38,968 nt of DNA from NCBI GenBank assembly GCA_900128395.1, contig LT649315.1:1-38968 (forward strand). Direction: 5' to 3'. Below, piece by piece: positions 11,778 through 21,862 of this stretch (its first letter is position 1; the number at the start of each line of letters is the position of its first letter). Position numbers and translations under genes: made by a program. This stretch comes from Stramenopiles sp. TOSAG23-2. Taxonomy: Eukaryota. The notes under the pieces were generated by a model, which was not told the origin of the DNA, did not search any database, and worked only from the letters and a program-made list of their open reading frames with translations.

Positions 11778-12900
11778 TTAACAATGGTTGATTAAATGCT
11801 TCACCCCAATCAATTGATAATCGTGGACATGCAATTTGTACCCATACATCAATATTATTAAATTGATTTAATTTAGCAGGGAAAATTTCAGATAATAACA
11901 ATAAAAAATAATCTTTATTATTTTTTTTCAATAATTTACACAATCGATCTAATATTTCAGTATTACCTTGACGTCCCAATGTTCCTAATATAATACCCCA
12001 CATTTGATGTTTATTGCTTCTTTTTGCTTTTTTAATTTGATTATATCGCAACGTATGCATTTCCCTCGTTTGATAATTTTCCACTGTCATAATTTTTGAA
12101 TATGGATTATATTGATATGCTATAGCATGTGGATTTTGAATCATTGCACTTTCTAAATGAAAACGACCATCAGCAATGAAAATCAATATTTCCACATCGG
12201 AAGCTAACATAGGAGATGTACAACCTAAAACTTCACCCCTTGATAATGGCTTTGCTTGCGGTATTTGCAAACCAATATATCCATCTTTTTGTAATAAATT
12301 AATAGTTGCATTTACTGCGGTAGTAAATTGTATAGTACCCATAATAGCAATTTTTTTATTTACATTTGGTATAGTTAATTTGATACATTCAATTAAATGA
12401 GATACATCGATATCTATATCTACAAATACATATTGTACTGGTATATTTGTCTTGTTTACAGGCACTAAACAGCTATGGCCATAATGTACAAGCATATCGC
12501 AACCAAGAGCCACAGCAGAATAATCGTCTACACAACAAGCACCATATGTAACATCTCCCATAATTAAAACGTCTTCAACTTGTGTAAATTTTTCAATAAT
12601 ATCAGAAATAATGCAAGAATACATCAACAACCCTTCCGGAAATTGCAAGGCCACCGTTTTAGGTTTGACCTTTTCAATTCTCCATAATGTTTTTTTAATT
12701 TCAAAATTATAGTTAGATGGTAGTGATTTTGCTATGGCATCGTTCAAAAATGTATTATTTTTAATAGAATCAGGCATTGTTCGTGCAGCACGCCTTGCTT
12801 TACGCCTTGCTTCCCGTCTTGCCTTTTTCTCTTCCGCCGTCAATGGCGCTTTCTTCGTTTCATCTGTACTTGTTGGATTTGATGTTGCCAATGTAGCCAT
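11767..12900 (-). CDS. DPH1: Diphthamide biosynthesis protein 1 (C-terminally truncated as assembled)
   Basis: LPSNYNFEI.KT, VALQFPEGLL, GDVTYGACCVDD, LVHYGHSCL, GEVLGCTSP, DGRFHLES.MI.NP, ILGTLGRQG and WVQIACPRLSIDWG. It ends at QPLLNCK* without the usual PYE...YPMDYY tail. Confidence 0.95.
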   Translation of the reverse strand: MATLATSNPTSTDETKKAPLTAEEKKARREARRKARRAARTMPDSIKNNTFLNDAIAKSLPSNYNFEIKKTLWRIEKVKPKTVALQFPEGLLMYSCIISDIIEKFTQVEDVLIMGDVTYGACCVDDYSAVALGCDMLVHYGHSCLVPVNKTNIPVQYVFVDIDIDVSHLIECIKLTIPNVNKKIAIMGTIQFTTAVNATINLLQKDGYIGLQIPQAKPLSRGEVLGCTSPMLASDVEILIFIADGRFHLESAMIQNPHAIAYQYNPYSKIMTVENYQTREMHTLRYNQIKKAKRSNKHQMWGIILGTLGRQGNTEILDRLCKLLKKNNKDYFLLLLSEIFPAKLNQFNNIDVWVQIACPRLSIDWGEAFNQPLLNCK

Positions 12901-13213
12901 ATTTTCGTTTCTTTGTATGGTAATTATATATATATATATGTATATACATGCTATTACTACATTTTTATCTTTTCTATAAATTCTTAAAACAATATATATT
13001 CATACGCAAGGAGAAAAAAGCCAAATCCCCCATACTTTTATAGTTGCTGCGATAATGTTGTAACATATTCCGATGCTATTTGCCTGCTAGCGACTATGAA
13101 CGGCAGATTTTGTTTTCGATTTCCTAATTTTTTTTCATATTTTAATGGTATGTAGATGCTACGCAAAAACTGAAGAAAAACTATTTTCACCAGCAGATCA
13201 AGACTGTATTTTT

Positions 13214-13637
13214 TCATGAGTCCTTAAAAATAATTGTAAAATTATGTTTTAAGCCTACATTTAGTAGTATAAGGAATATGTACCAATGATTAGCTATTTT
13301 TGGGTCGTAGGCAGTTGTAATTTTAATGTTAACAACTAGTTGTAAATTTCCACAATTGATTATGTTATCATTGTTTACATGAAATCCAGCTTTTTGCCAT
13401 GCTTTTACATTGCTATTGATGGTTAGAAATAATAATTCCGGTTTGTTTGTATGGTTTGCTAAGTTTAAATAGTTTGAAAATGCGGTGGTTGGTTTGCTTT
13501 TATTTGAGGATGATAATTTCCTACATTTTAAATGGTTAAATTTGGTAATTGGGGATTTGGGAAGATGATATTTTGAAAATGTTATGACGGATTGTGAAAG
13601 GAATCTATGGCGGTGTATATATTGTTGGAGATGCATG
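13214..13637 (-). CDS. Possible truncated gene: transit-peptide-like leader plus start of a VOC/glyoxalase-like domain
   Basis: Basic, Ser-rich leader with no acidic residues (MHLQQYIHRHRFLSQS...RKLSSS), then PELLFLTINSNVKAWQKAGFHVNNDNIINCGNLQL. From memory this resembles the N-terminus of actinobacterial VOC-family proteins (W..AGF.V.....C..G). The 5' end is tandemly duplicated. Confidence 0.3.
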
Positions 13638-13783
13638 ATGTGGGAGGATGATAATTTCCTACATTTTAAATGGTTAAATTTGGTAATTGGGGATTTGTGA
13701 AGATGATATTTTGAAAATGTTATGACGGATTGTGAAAGGAATCTATGGCGGTGTATATATTGTTGGAGATGCATGATGTGGGA
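13506..13783. repeat. 138-bp tandem duplication (2 copies, near-identical)
   Basis: GAGGATGATAATTTCC... starts at 13506 and 13644, with one visible substitution (GGAAG vs TGAAG). Confidence 0.95.
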
Positions 13784-13963
13784 CGTGGGTTGGGGGGGAA
13801 ATTGGAAATGTTTTACGTATATATGCTTTTTCACTTTTTCATCTGTTCTTTGCACTTTTATTCAAATTTTGTTGTTTTTTGATGATTTTTTGAAATGTGT
13901 TATATAGGAATATTATTGTATATTGTAGTTGGTAGTATATAAATAGATATATATTAATAATTA

Positions 13964-16288
13964 TTATGCCCATATCCACACCCCCCACACTTGTTGATAC
14001 CCGTTTGATCCATATCTTTTATATTGTTGTATAGCTTTTAATTGTGATATCATATTATCACTAAGTTGATTATTCTCTAGGCGCAAGAAATCTAATGTAT
14101 TGTTTGTTTTTAATACATCAATAATACTTTGTATTCCACTATCATCAGTAATATTATTATGAGATAGGTTCAATACTCTTAATGTATTGTTTGTTTTTAA
14201 TCCTTCACCAATACTTTGTACATCAGTAATATTATTATAAGATAGGTTCAATGTAGTTAATGTATTGTTTGTTTTTAATCCTTCACCAATACTTTGTACA
14301 TCAGTAATATTATTATTATCTAGGTTCAATTTCGTTAATGTATTGTTTGTTTTTAACAATTCACCAATAGCTAATGCATCCTCATCCGTGAGAGTATTGT
14401 TTGTTTTTAATCCTTCACCAATACTTTGTACATCAGTAATATTATTATCAGATAGGGACAATTCCTCTAATGTATTGTTTGTTTTTAACAATTCACCAAT
14501 AGCTAATGCATCGTCATCCGTGAGATTCTTTCCCCCCAAATTCACTTCCCTCTTTCCATCAAATTCTTTTTCCCATTTAATATATATTATATATGCAGCA
14601 CTTTTCTTTGTCTCTGCTCCATTTTTCACATGTTGCATATCTCCCATAAGCGTATTTTCCATCTCATTATGATCACGTTCAACCTCTAGAAGTCCATCTT
14701 CATTCTTATCATTCCCTTTCGATTTTGTTTGTATAGTTTTTGACTGTATTTTTTCAGTTGTTATAAACATATTATTATTATCATCTATACCAGATGAAAC
14801 ATCTACCCATCCTTGTTGCACCGTTGATTTTTCTTGTTGTTCCGGTCGTCTATGTTTGATCGCCTCCTTATGTTTACGTTTCATTTCCTCTTTTTTTATT
14901 TCTTGCATTTTATCAATTGCAGGACCACCTGATAGTTGCTTAATTATTTTATCTATATTTAAATTCAATACATCGGGATCATCACGATCCACTTTCATAA
15001 ATGCTATATCACTAAGAAATTTAAATTCTGCTGGAGCCAATGACATTAATTTTCCAATGTTCTGTTGATCATTTCTTCGAACAACAGGTTGAATCGGTAT
15101 ACCAGCTTCTTTTGCCCATCTTAATTCTTCCAGACAGTACCATCGATTAAAATATGCATTCTTTTCAGGTGGATCAGAAAAATCTTCATTAGCACAAGGG
15201 CCAGTTACGATAGCAAGAAATAATTTACAATTTTCAACACCTTCTTTCATTGCATCTGTTGATGGATCGGACATTTTAACATCTAGCCACACAGTGTAAC
15301 CTTTGGCAGTCAATTCATTATGTAAAGTTTCAGCAAGTGTTGTTGCTACTCCACTACGTCTGGAATGTCCAATAAAAAAATCCCAGTGGCCTGGTTTATT
15401 AAATGTTTTTTCTGATGTTGCTCCTTTTAATTGTTCACTCAAGTTCTCAAACGTAGGTCTTTCCTCTGGTTTCTGTGCCCAACAATCTATTATAAATTGT
15501 TTTTCGCTATCTTCTAGACTTATTATTGCATCTATCGATGGACGTTCAGGTTGAGAATCTTCAAACATTAGCGCCTCCATGTGCATTGCTAAAATTTCAT
15601 TTTCAGGTACACCAGCAAATGCCATTTTACCAGAAAATAATTCCCAGCTCAATATCGCAAAACTGTAAACATCAGCTGCTTTTGAATATGTTGCTCCACC
15701 CATGCGCTTCGATTTGAAAAGTTCTGGTGCTTTATATTGTATTGTCCCTCGCTCTCCTTTTGTTGACCCGGCAGACATTGTTTTAATTTTTGACAATCCA
15801 AAATCTGATATCCATGGAACATCGTCTTTGCTAATTAAAATATTTTCAGGTTTTAGATCTAAATGTAATATGTTACGACTATGCAGCATTGCCATTCCAT
15901 TGCATATACCACATGCAAGTTGAAATCGTTTCGCGTTTGACATATTTGGTTCATAATTAAGTAAATCTCTTAAATTTCCTTTTTCTGCAAACGCTAATAT
16001 AAGCATAGGTGGCTTGAAACAAATATTTAATATTTGTACAACATTTTGATGTCTACATAAGCTTAACGTTTTGAATTCATTCTGTAATAATGATTTTGCT
16101 TGTTCACGATCTTTTTCGCTCGCCTGCACATAAAGTTTTTTAATTGCAACATCCATTCCATATAAAGTACCTTTATGTACATCTGCAAAAGCACCTCGTC
16201 CGATAACTTCAACAATTTCAATTGCACTCGCATCAATTTCCCAATTTTTATTTGCTTCTACATTTTCTTCCAATAATAATCTTGACAT
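13964..16288 (-). CDS. TKL-type protein kinase - TIR - leucine-rich-repeat protein
   Basis: ATG at 16288 (MSRLLLEE). Kinase at about 16240-15425 (GRGAFA, VAIK, HLDLKPEN, DFG, GTIQYKAPE, DVYSF). TIR at about 15390-14935 (WDFFIGHS, GYTVWLD, MKEGVENCKLFLAIVT, WYCLEELRWA). RI-like LRRs at about 14550-14020. Confidence 0.9.
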   Translation of the reverse strand: MSRLLLEENVEANKNWEIDASAIEIVEVIGRGAFADVHKGTLYGMDVAIKKLYVQASEKDREQAKSLLQNEFKTLSLCRHQNVVQILNICFKPPMLILAFAEKGNLRDLLNYEPNMSNAKRFQLACGICNGMAMLHSRNILHLDLKPENILISKDDVPWISDFGLSKIKTMSAGSTKGERGTIQYKAPELFKSKRMGGATYSKAADVYSFAILSWELFSGKMAFAGVPENEILAMHMEALMFEDSQPERPSIDAIISLEDSEKQFIIDCWAQKPEERPTFENLSEQLKGATSEKTFNKPGHWDFFIGHSRRSGVATTLAETLHNELTAKGYTVWLDVKMSDPSTDAMKEGVENCKLFLAIVTGPCANEDFSDPPEKNAYFNRWYCLEELRWAKEAGIPIQPVVRRNDQQNIGKLMSLAPAEFKFLSDIAFMKVDRDDPDVLNLNIDKIIKQLSGGPAIDKMQEIKKEEMKRKHKEAIKHRRPEQQEKSTVQQGWVDVSSGIDDNNNMFITTEKIQSKTIQTKSKGNDKNEDGLLEVERDHNEMENTLMGDMQHVKNGAETKKSAAYIIYIKWEKEFDGKREVNLGGKNLTDDDALAIGELLKTNNTLEELSLSDNNITDVQSIGEGLKTNNTLTDEDALAIGELLKTNNTLTKLNLDNNNITDVQSIGEGLKTNNTLTTLNLSYNNITDVQSIGEGLKTNNTLRVLNLSHNNITDDSGIQSIIDVLKTNNTLDFLRLENNQLSDNMISQLKAIQQYKRYGSNGYQQVWGVWIWA
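14094..14525. repeat. 78-bp coding tandem repeat (LRR units)
   Basis: Units start at 14180, 14258 and 14336 (period 78); a 59-nt block is identical between units. Confidence 0.95.
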
Positions 16289-17252
16289 AATGATGGTCGA
16301 AGAAGAAAAGAAAAAAAGGTATAATAACACAATATCGATATTTAAGAGTAATAATTTCAGTTTCAATTTATTTACGTATATATATATCAACTGTATCTCG
16401 TATTTATATATCTATATCTATATATATCACATACACATTGTGTATTTGCAACATTATTACATGTAATATATGTATCTTCTTCGATACTATTGTAATTGTG
16501 GCACATTGAAAGATTATTTATTAGATAGATATAGATAGATAGAAGTTGCAGAAGCAAAGTTATAGGCAACTACTTCTTATACATACACAGCAACCACAGT
16601 ATTATACCTATAGTATAGCACTATAAGTAGAAGAAGAAGAAGAAGAAAAAAAAAAAGCTGTTGTTTTGTTTGTTGTTGTTGGTTGTTGGTCAATTATTAT
16701 TATTATTGGATCGTAGGCAATGCTGTGTCAATTGTAATAGATGCTAGCATGATAGTACGCCTAAAATCAATATAGCATAGACAGAAAAACATAATAATAC
16801 TTAAATTTTAATAAAATTTCCATAATATATAAAAATTACATGTGAATGTAGCACGAGAGTTGCCGGAACCAATCCTGTCATTGTGTGCATCATAAAAATT
16901 TAGAAAATCATCTCGGTAAAAATTAATGATGGTTAAAATCTAAGTTATAATAATTTTACACTTCTCGTGCTAAGTAATATGCTCAATACTCAATCGCAAA
17001 GAATAATATTCTATCCTATTATAGTAAAGCTCTAATGCACCTCTGCAAACTAATACTCTACAAGCATGAGTAGGTTTTTATCCTTCCATGCGCAATATAG
17101 CAATAATATAAATTTAGTATGCGTATAAAGGACAAGGTTTAAAGTGGCCATTCGCAGTGTGTGAATATTTGGCATCATTATACAACAGGGTAAAGAAAGG
17201 TCCTATCAACATACTTCTTTTTTGGGAAATGAGTGTGTGATATATTGTACAA

Positions 17253-20200
17253 TTAATCCTCAAGACATACGCATTGCTCATAATTTAAAATAGGTGATGA
17301 TGTTGTGTTGTTGGAAAGGGGTAATCGAGATACAGACCAATCGGTAGTGCTAGTTTTCATCCATTCAATGAACATGTCATTTCGATTATTCGCAACGTCG
17401 ATATATTTATGTATGAATCTACTATGCATAGTTTGAGATCTAAAATGCATCATTGGGTTCAGAGTGCCAAAAATAAAAAATAGAATAATCAAACGACTTA
17501 TTGATGGATACACTTTCTCCATGTGATTGGCCAAAGTATATTTTTGTTGCTGCGCCTGCTTTGCTGAGTCGTACATGAAAAGATTCTCTGCTAGGGACGC
17601 TCTGCGTTTGCTTTTTCTTCTTATTTTTGAAGTCGTTGTTCTAAATTCAAAATTTCGCAGCCTGTATGAATAATATATTCGAACAAGGCTAGTCCCAAGT
17701 ATGCATGCCATAAACTGGAATATATAACCATTGATGTACAAATTCCTATTGTATCTTATCCCAGAGTTCGAAAAGACTGAAACATCCTTCTTTGATATTT
17801 TACTCAACATACCTTGCATGTAAAGGACTACAATCATCACAAGTCTTGATGTTGTGTACGTGTGCATAGAGTAAATACCCCTGACAGCACGATTTATCAG
17901 TGTTAAGCTTTCTTTTTCCTTTGATTCTGATGTATCGGTGATTAACTTAGTTGGCTTTTTTGATTTTAAAACATATGTGACATATGCAATAATTTTTATA
18001 TGCAAACCAGTACACATAGTAACATAAAACAACAGTTCCAATATCGTAGTTACTATGAAATCAGTAGAATATGGCTCTATCAAAATATATAGTAATGCAT
18101 TGTTTACATTCCGATACATCTTAAAACCAATAACCAAAACCATAGACAGCTTTCGACCAGCAGCCTTTATTGATATGCGATATAATATATCTGCCAGTAA
18201 TGCACCAAAGAGACACCAACTTAAAATAATTATACTATACTTAGGAATCCATGACGCGTAATGCTTGCAGCTGTGTTTACAAGCTTGTGTCGGTACATCC
18301 TTCTGAAAATACGATTCTTCTTGATCTAACATAAATTTCAAATGCACAAATATAATTGCAAATAATGAAGATAACCAATCAAAAATGTACAAGAAAAACA
18401 TTACTATTATAACTTTGTACTCAGTTAATTTCGCATAAAAACTTTCGTTATCACCACTCTTCGTCACCTCTTTATCTTTATATATCTTAAATACATATAT
18501 TCCTAGAGAGAACAGTGTATACCCAATAACTGGAATAAAATACAATGATATATTTGAGGAATACGACGACGAATCTATTTTATTCTTGCCATTTATTGTG
18601 GCGTATGATATTATCTCAAACAACGTAACAAATAAAGTAAGAAGTATTACCAGACGTTGAACAACAATAATTCCTTTATTTGATGACAGATACTTCTTGG
18701 TGTTATTGCGTCTGTAACGGCAATAATGCAATGCAACAATGCATATTGCAACTAAAACATGGATGTACATTAAAATAGAATAAATAACATCATTCGTAGT
18801 TCCACCAACAATTTCGGTAGTTGAACTAAGAGCTTTATTTGTGATATTATTGCCATTTTTATTATTATCGATGGCAATAGTTTTGTTGTAAATGTTTAAT
18901 TTACCAATTCCTAACACATGTCCTCTACTGTAAAAATCAATCGATGATAATGAAGTGCGTACTAATAACCATATGCTTATACATACGAAGAAGATGTTTT
19001 TCTCCGTTTTATCTGTCCAGCGTTTCTCACGATGCTGTAAAGGCTCATTTATCCATGCTAAATATATCCACCATATCGTTGGAAACTTTCCCATACCCCA
19101 TAGTAAAAAATGTATGAAGAATCTAAATTCGTTGTTGTGATAAATTTCTATTGTATCTTGGAAGAAAATGTCCACAATGGTAAAGATTGCAGCTGACAAC
19201 ACTGCTATAAACGTTGGTGCAAGAAAGTAACGTTTGTAAAAACTTTTCACGATATCTAATATTTGAATGCCATTCCGTTTCCAGCCTTCAACACTTTTTT
19301 TATAATTATGGTTGAAAAATTTTTCTTTATAAAACATACAGTGGATTACGAATCTTGTCAATCCAAAAATTGGAAGAACAAATACGACAATAAGCAATAA
19401 CATTTGATTCTTAATGTTTTCAAATGTTGACACTGTGACACTATTATCAACACATGTAGTGATAAACCAAGAAAAATTTAAAAATTCTTTTCTACTAAAT
19501 TTAGAAATTTTACATGAATAATACCTTCTTCGCAAATTGTAAATTGAAATAAATTGAATATTTATACAAACATCATCCAGGGTGTTGCAATCTTGATATG
19601 GGCGTGGTTTTTTCTTCGTTAGCTTGTTAAAGTGCCTTTGGCCATAGCTAAATATTAATTTTATCAATTGGATTTGATTTTTTGTTCTTACATTTGTTTT
19701 TTTTATTCCTTTAATTGATGTTGCAGCAATTTGAATTTGTTGGGTTTTATGAAGATATTCTACAACACCAAGAACAATTGGATGGGGCTTCCTTGATTTA
19801 TATTGTACATCAGCTGGTAGCGATTTATTTGATATTGTATGTAAGATTTTATCAAAATTATAAAACGTTAAATCAACAACACCCAAACGTAAAACATTTC
19901 CATTTATTGGATCGATTACTTTAGCAGAACAACCCAAATATACTACACCAAACTCATGCGATTCCGCTGCTTCTTCTTCATGACTTGGAATCCAAGTAAT
20001 TAAATTTTTATTTGAACTATCCTTTGAATTAAAAACTCCAATAAAAGCTTCTTTTGCATCATGTGTGTAGATTTCTCCATTGTATGATTCATCGATCTCG
20101 TCGCTTGAAAATATTGTTGGTGGGAAATTATTTAAATTACATTCAGATTCGCATCCTGTCGAAATGATTTCGTCCATTTTCATTGGAACGTTGCTTGGAT

Positions 20201-20885
20201 TCGTTCCCCAACAAAAATACATGGCAGTGTTATTTTTGGGACAATACGAATTCCACGCTCTCTCAACGCCTGTAACCATGCCGTTTGAATTTAACGTGTA
20301 ATACCCAGCCAAAATATTTTCCAACGGATTTCCGTTTCTATTTTTTTCATTTACGTGGAATACGTTAGATAGACTTTGAAGTATCATCCTTCGTTCTGCT
20401 AGAGTGGCATTATTTGGTAAATCCTTTGAAATTTCTGCTATGAAAGAAGCTTGTGACTCTGTATTTGATTTAATAATTTCTAATTTCTCCAAAACATTAT
20501 CAGTGATGTCCTTGACAAGTCGCGCTTTTCTTTCCGAGGCAGAATTTTCTAACATCATAACAGTTGCTGATAAAATGAATGAAGAAAAGAGAAGAATAAT
20601 TCCAATTGACCATCCTACAAATATAACACGAATCGTATGTCTATCAGTCCTATTTTGCTTCGCTTCGAAACTTTGTTCAATAGATTTCTTTGAAGTCTCT
20701 TCCTCATTTTCTAAATTTAAACCACGGTTATGAAGCTCCTGTGTTGTTGTAGTAAGAGAAATCATTTCAAGCATTCGTTCTTCTTTCTTATGGCCATCCA
20801 CTTGCTGCTGCTCATTGTTTAAATTCACTTCAAGCATTTGTTCTTCTTTTTTATTGTCATTCTCCAGATGTTCATTATTTATCAT
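17253..20885 (-). CDS. Polytopic membrane protein with Cache-like extracellular domain
   Basis: 1210-aa ORF: TM1, then an about 390-aa ectodomain containing TWIPSH...LGCSAKVID..NGNVLRLGVVDLTFYNFDKIL (dCache-like strand pattern) and FSWFITTCV just before TM2, then roughly 10-13 further hydrophobic segments. Confidence 0.6.
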   Translation of the reverse strand: MINNEHLENDNKKEEQMLEVNLNNEQQQVDGHKKEERMLEMISLTTTTQELHNRGLNLENEEETSKKSIEQSFEAKQNRTDRHTIRVIFVGWSIGIILLFSSFILSATVMMLENSASERKARLVKDITDNVLEKLEIIKSNTESQASFIAEISKDLPNNATLAERRMILQSLSNVFHVNEKNRNGNPLENILAGYYTLNSNGMVTGVERAWNSYCPKNNTAMYFCWGTNPSNVPMKMDEIISTGCESECNLNNFPPTIFSSDEIDESYNGEIYTHDAKEAFIGVFNSKDSSNKNLITWIPSHEEEAAESHEFGVVYLGCSAKVIDPINGNVLRLGVVDLTFYNFDKILHTISNKSLPADVQYKSRKPHPIVLGVVEYLHKTQQIQIAATSIKGIKKTNVRTKNQIQLIKLIFSYGQRHFNKLTKKKPRPYQDCNTLDDVCINIQFISIYNLRRRYYSCKISKFSRKEFLNFSWFITTCVDNSVTVSTFENIKNQMLLLIVVFVLPIFGLTRFVIHCMFYKEKFFNHNYKKSVEGWKRNGIQILDIVKSFYKRYFLAPTFIAVLSAAIFTIVDIFFQDTIEIYHNNEFRFFIHFLLWGMGKFPTIWWIYLAWINEPLQHREKRWTDKTEKNIFFVCISIWLLVRTSLSSIDFYSRGHVLGIGKLNIYNKTIAIDNNKNGNNITNKALSSTTEIVGGTTNDVIYSILMYIHVLVAICIVALHYCRYRRNNTKKYLSSNKGIIVVQRLVILLTLFVTLFEIISYATINGKNKIDSSSYSSNISLYFIPVIGYTLFSLGIYVFKIYKDKEVTKSGDNESFYAKLTEYKVIIVMFFLYIFDWLSSLFAIIFVHLKFMLDQEESYFQKDVPTQACKHSCKHYASWIPKYSIIILSWCLFGALLADILYRISIKAAGRKLSMVLVIGFKMYRNVNNALLYILIEPYSTDFIVTTILELLFYVTMCTGLHIKIIAYVTYVLKSKKPTKLITDTSESKEKESLTLINRAVRGIYSMHTYTTSRLVMIVVLYMQGMLSKISKKDVSVFSNSGIRYNRNLYINGYIFQFMACILGTSLVRIYYSYRLRNFEFRTTTSKIRRKSKRRASLAENLFMYDSAKQAQQQKYTLANHMEKVYPSISRLIILFFIFGTLNPMMHFRSQTMHSRFIHKYIDVANNRNDMFIEWMKTSTTDWSVSRLPLSNNTTSSPILNYEQCVCLED

Positions 20886-21386
20886 GTTTTTCCCTGAAAA
20901 ATATATGGTTTGGTTTGTTCAAAAAATCGATGATTAAAATAAGAATATTTGCACCATCGAATCTATCTGGTCCACAAGATTTTCAAAAATGATGACGTAT
21001 ATGAATGAAATGAAGAACGTGTTTCATATGAAGAAAGAAGTGCGCAAGTGCAAGATTGCAAGATTCATAGATTCATACGAGCGACGAGCGCTGTTGTTGT
21101 TTCTGGAGGATTTTATTCACAATCCAGAAAAAACCCTACTTAACAACATTTTGATAGGAAAAAAGACTAGTGAGTAAAGTTAGTTAATCTTTACCTACCT
21201 GAAATTTAGGATGGACACAGCATTAAATAGCATAGATAGAGCATTAAAAATCTGATAAATTCCAGAAACAGCTCGTATAAGTGATGCGTAAAAGCACGTA
21301 AGAGTGTGGCAACAATTATTATTTTTTTTTTTGGCAATAACCTTAATACACCACGTCGTACATTTTAATTTAAGGAAAACTTTCTG

Positions 21387-21530
21387 AAATCGTTCTACTT
21401 TTTTTAACATATATTAAGTATATATAGTTGTATACTAATAGTTAATAGTGCTACCAAATAAAATCGGAATCTTAGTATACAAATATATATACTTAACATA
21501 TATTTTTTTTAAAAAAAGTATGAACGATTT
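21387..21530. repeat. Imperfect inverted repeat (about 50-59 bp arms, 33-nt loop); MITE-like
   Basis: AAATCGTTC...TTAAGTATATATAGTTGTATACTAA (21387-21438) is reverse-complementary to TTAGTATACAAATATATATACTTAA...GAACGATTT (21472-21530). Confidence 0.7.
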
Positions 21531-21533
21531 TAC

Positions 21534-21625
21534 ACAAGGCTCTCAGCACCACACAAAATAACACTTACATACCATTTACAAGGCTCTCAGCACCACACAA
21601 AATAACATCTACATACCATTTACAA
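21534..21625. repeat. 44-bp tandem repeat (2 copies)
   Basis: ACAAGGCTCTCAGCACCACACAAAATAACA... at 21534 and 21578. Confidence 0.9.
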
Positions 21626-21862
21626 GCGCACAGCAGCCACTCATTAGCGACATTATCTTCATTTTATGAATAAAAAATACAAATATTGACTTATTTCGGT
21701 AAAATTAACATCATCTAGAATAGTATATACTCGCTAAATTTGGTATAAATACGAAATATGACTAAATAAAAAATTATGATTTTTACATTCATAGAGAGAA
21801 GTTAGAACAATAGGTTTGAATATGATCATTTTTTCTAATTAGTCATATTTCGCATATATATT

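Noticed and set aside
14161-14467. CRISPR-like repeat/spacer pattern
   Set aside because: It lies in frame inside the LRR coding region, and the variable windows are homologous to each other.
16849-16972. 10-bp inverted pair TAGCACGAGA / TCTCGTGCTA as a tiny MITE
   Set aside because: Too short to distinguish from chance without other copies.
20989-21410. Short ORFs upstream of the Cache-like gene as extra coding exons
   Set aside because: The visible donor (about 21197) and acceptor (about 20894) would not join in frame with the main ORF, and there are no protein motifs.
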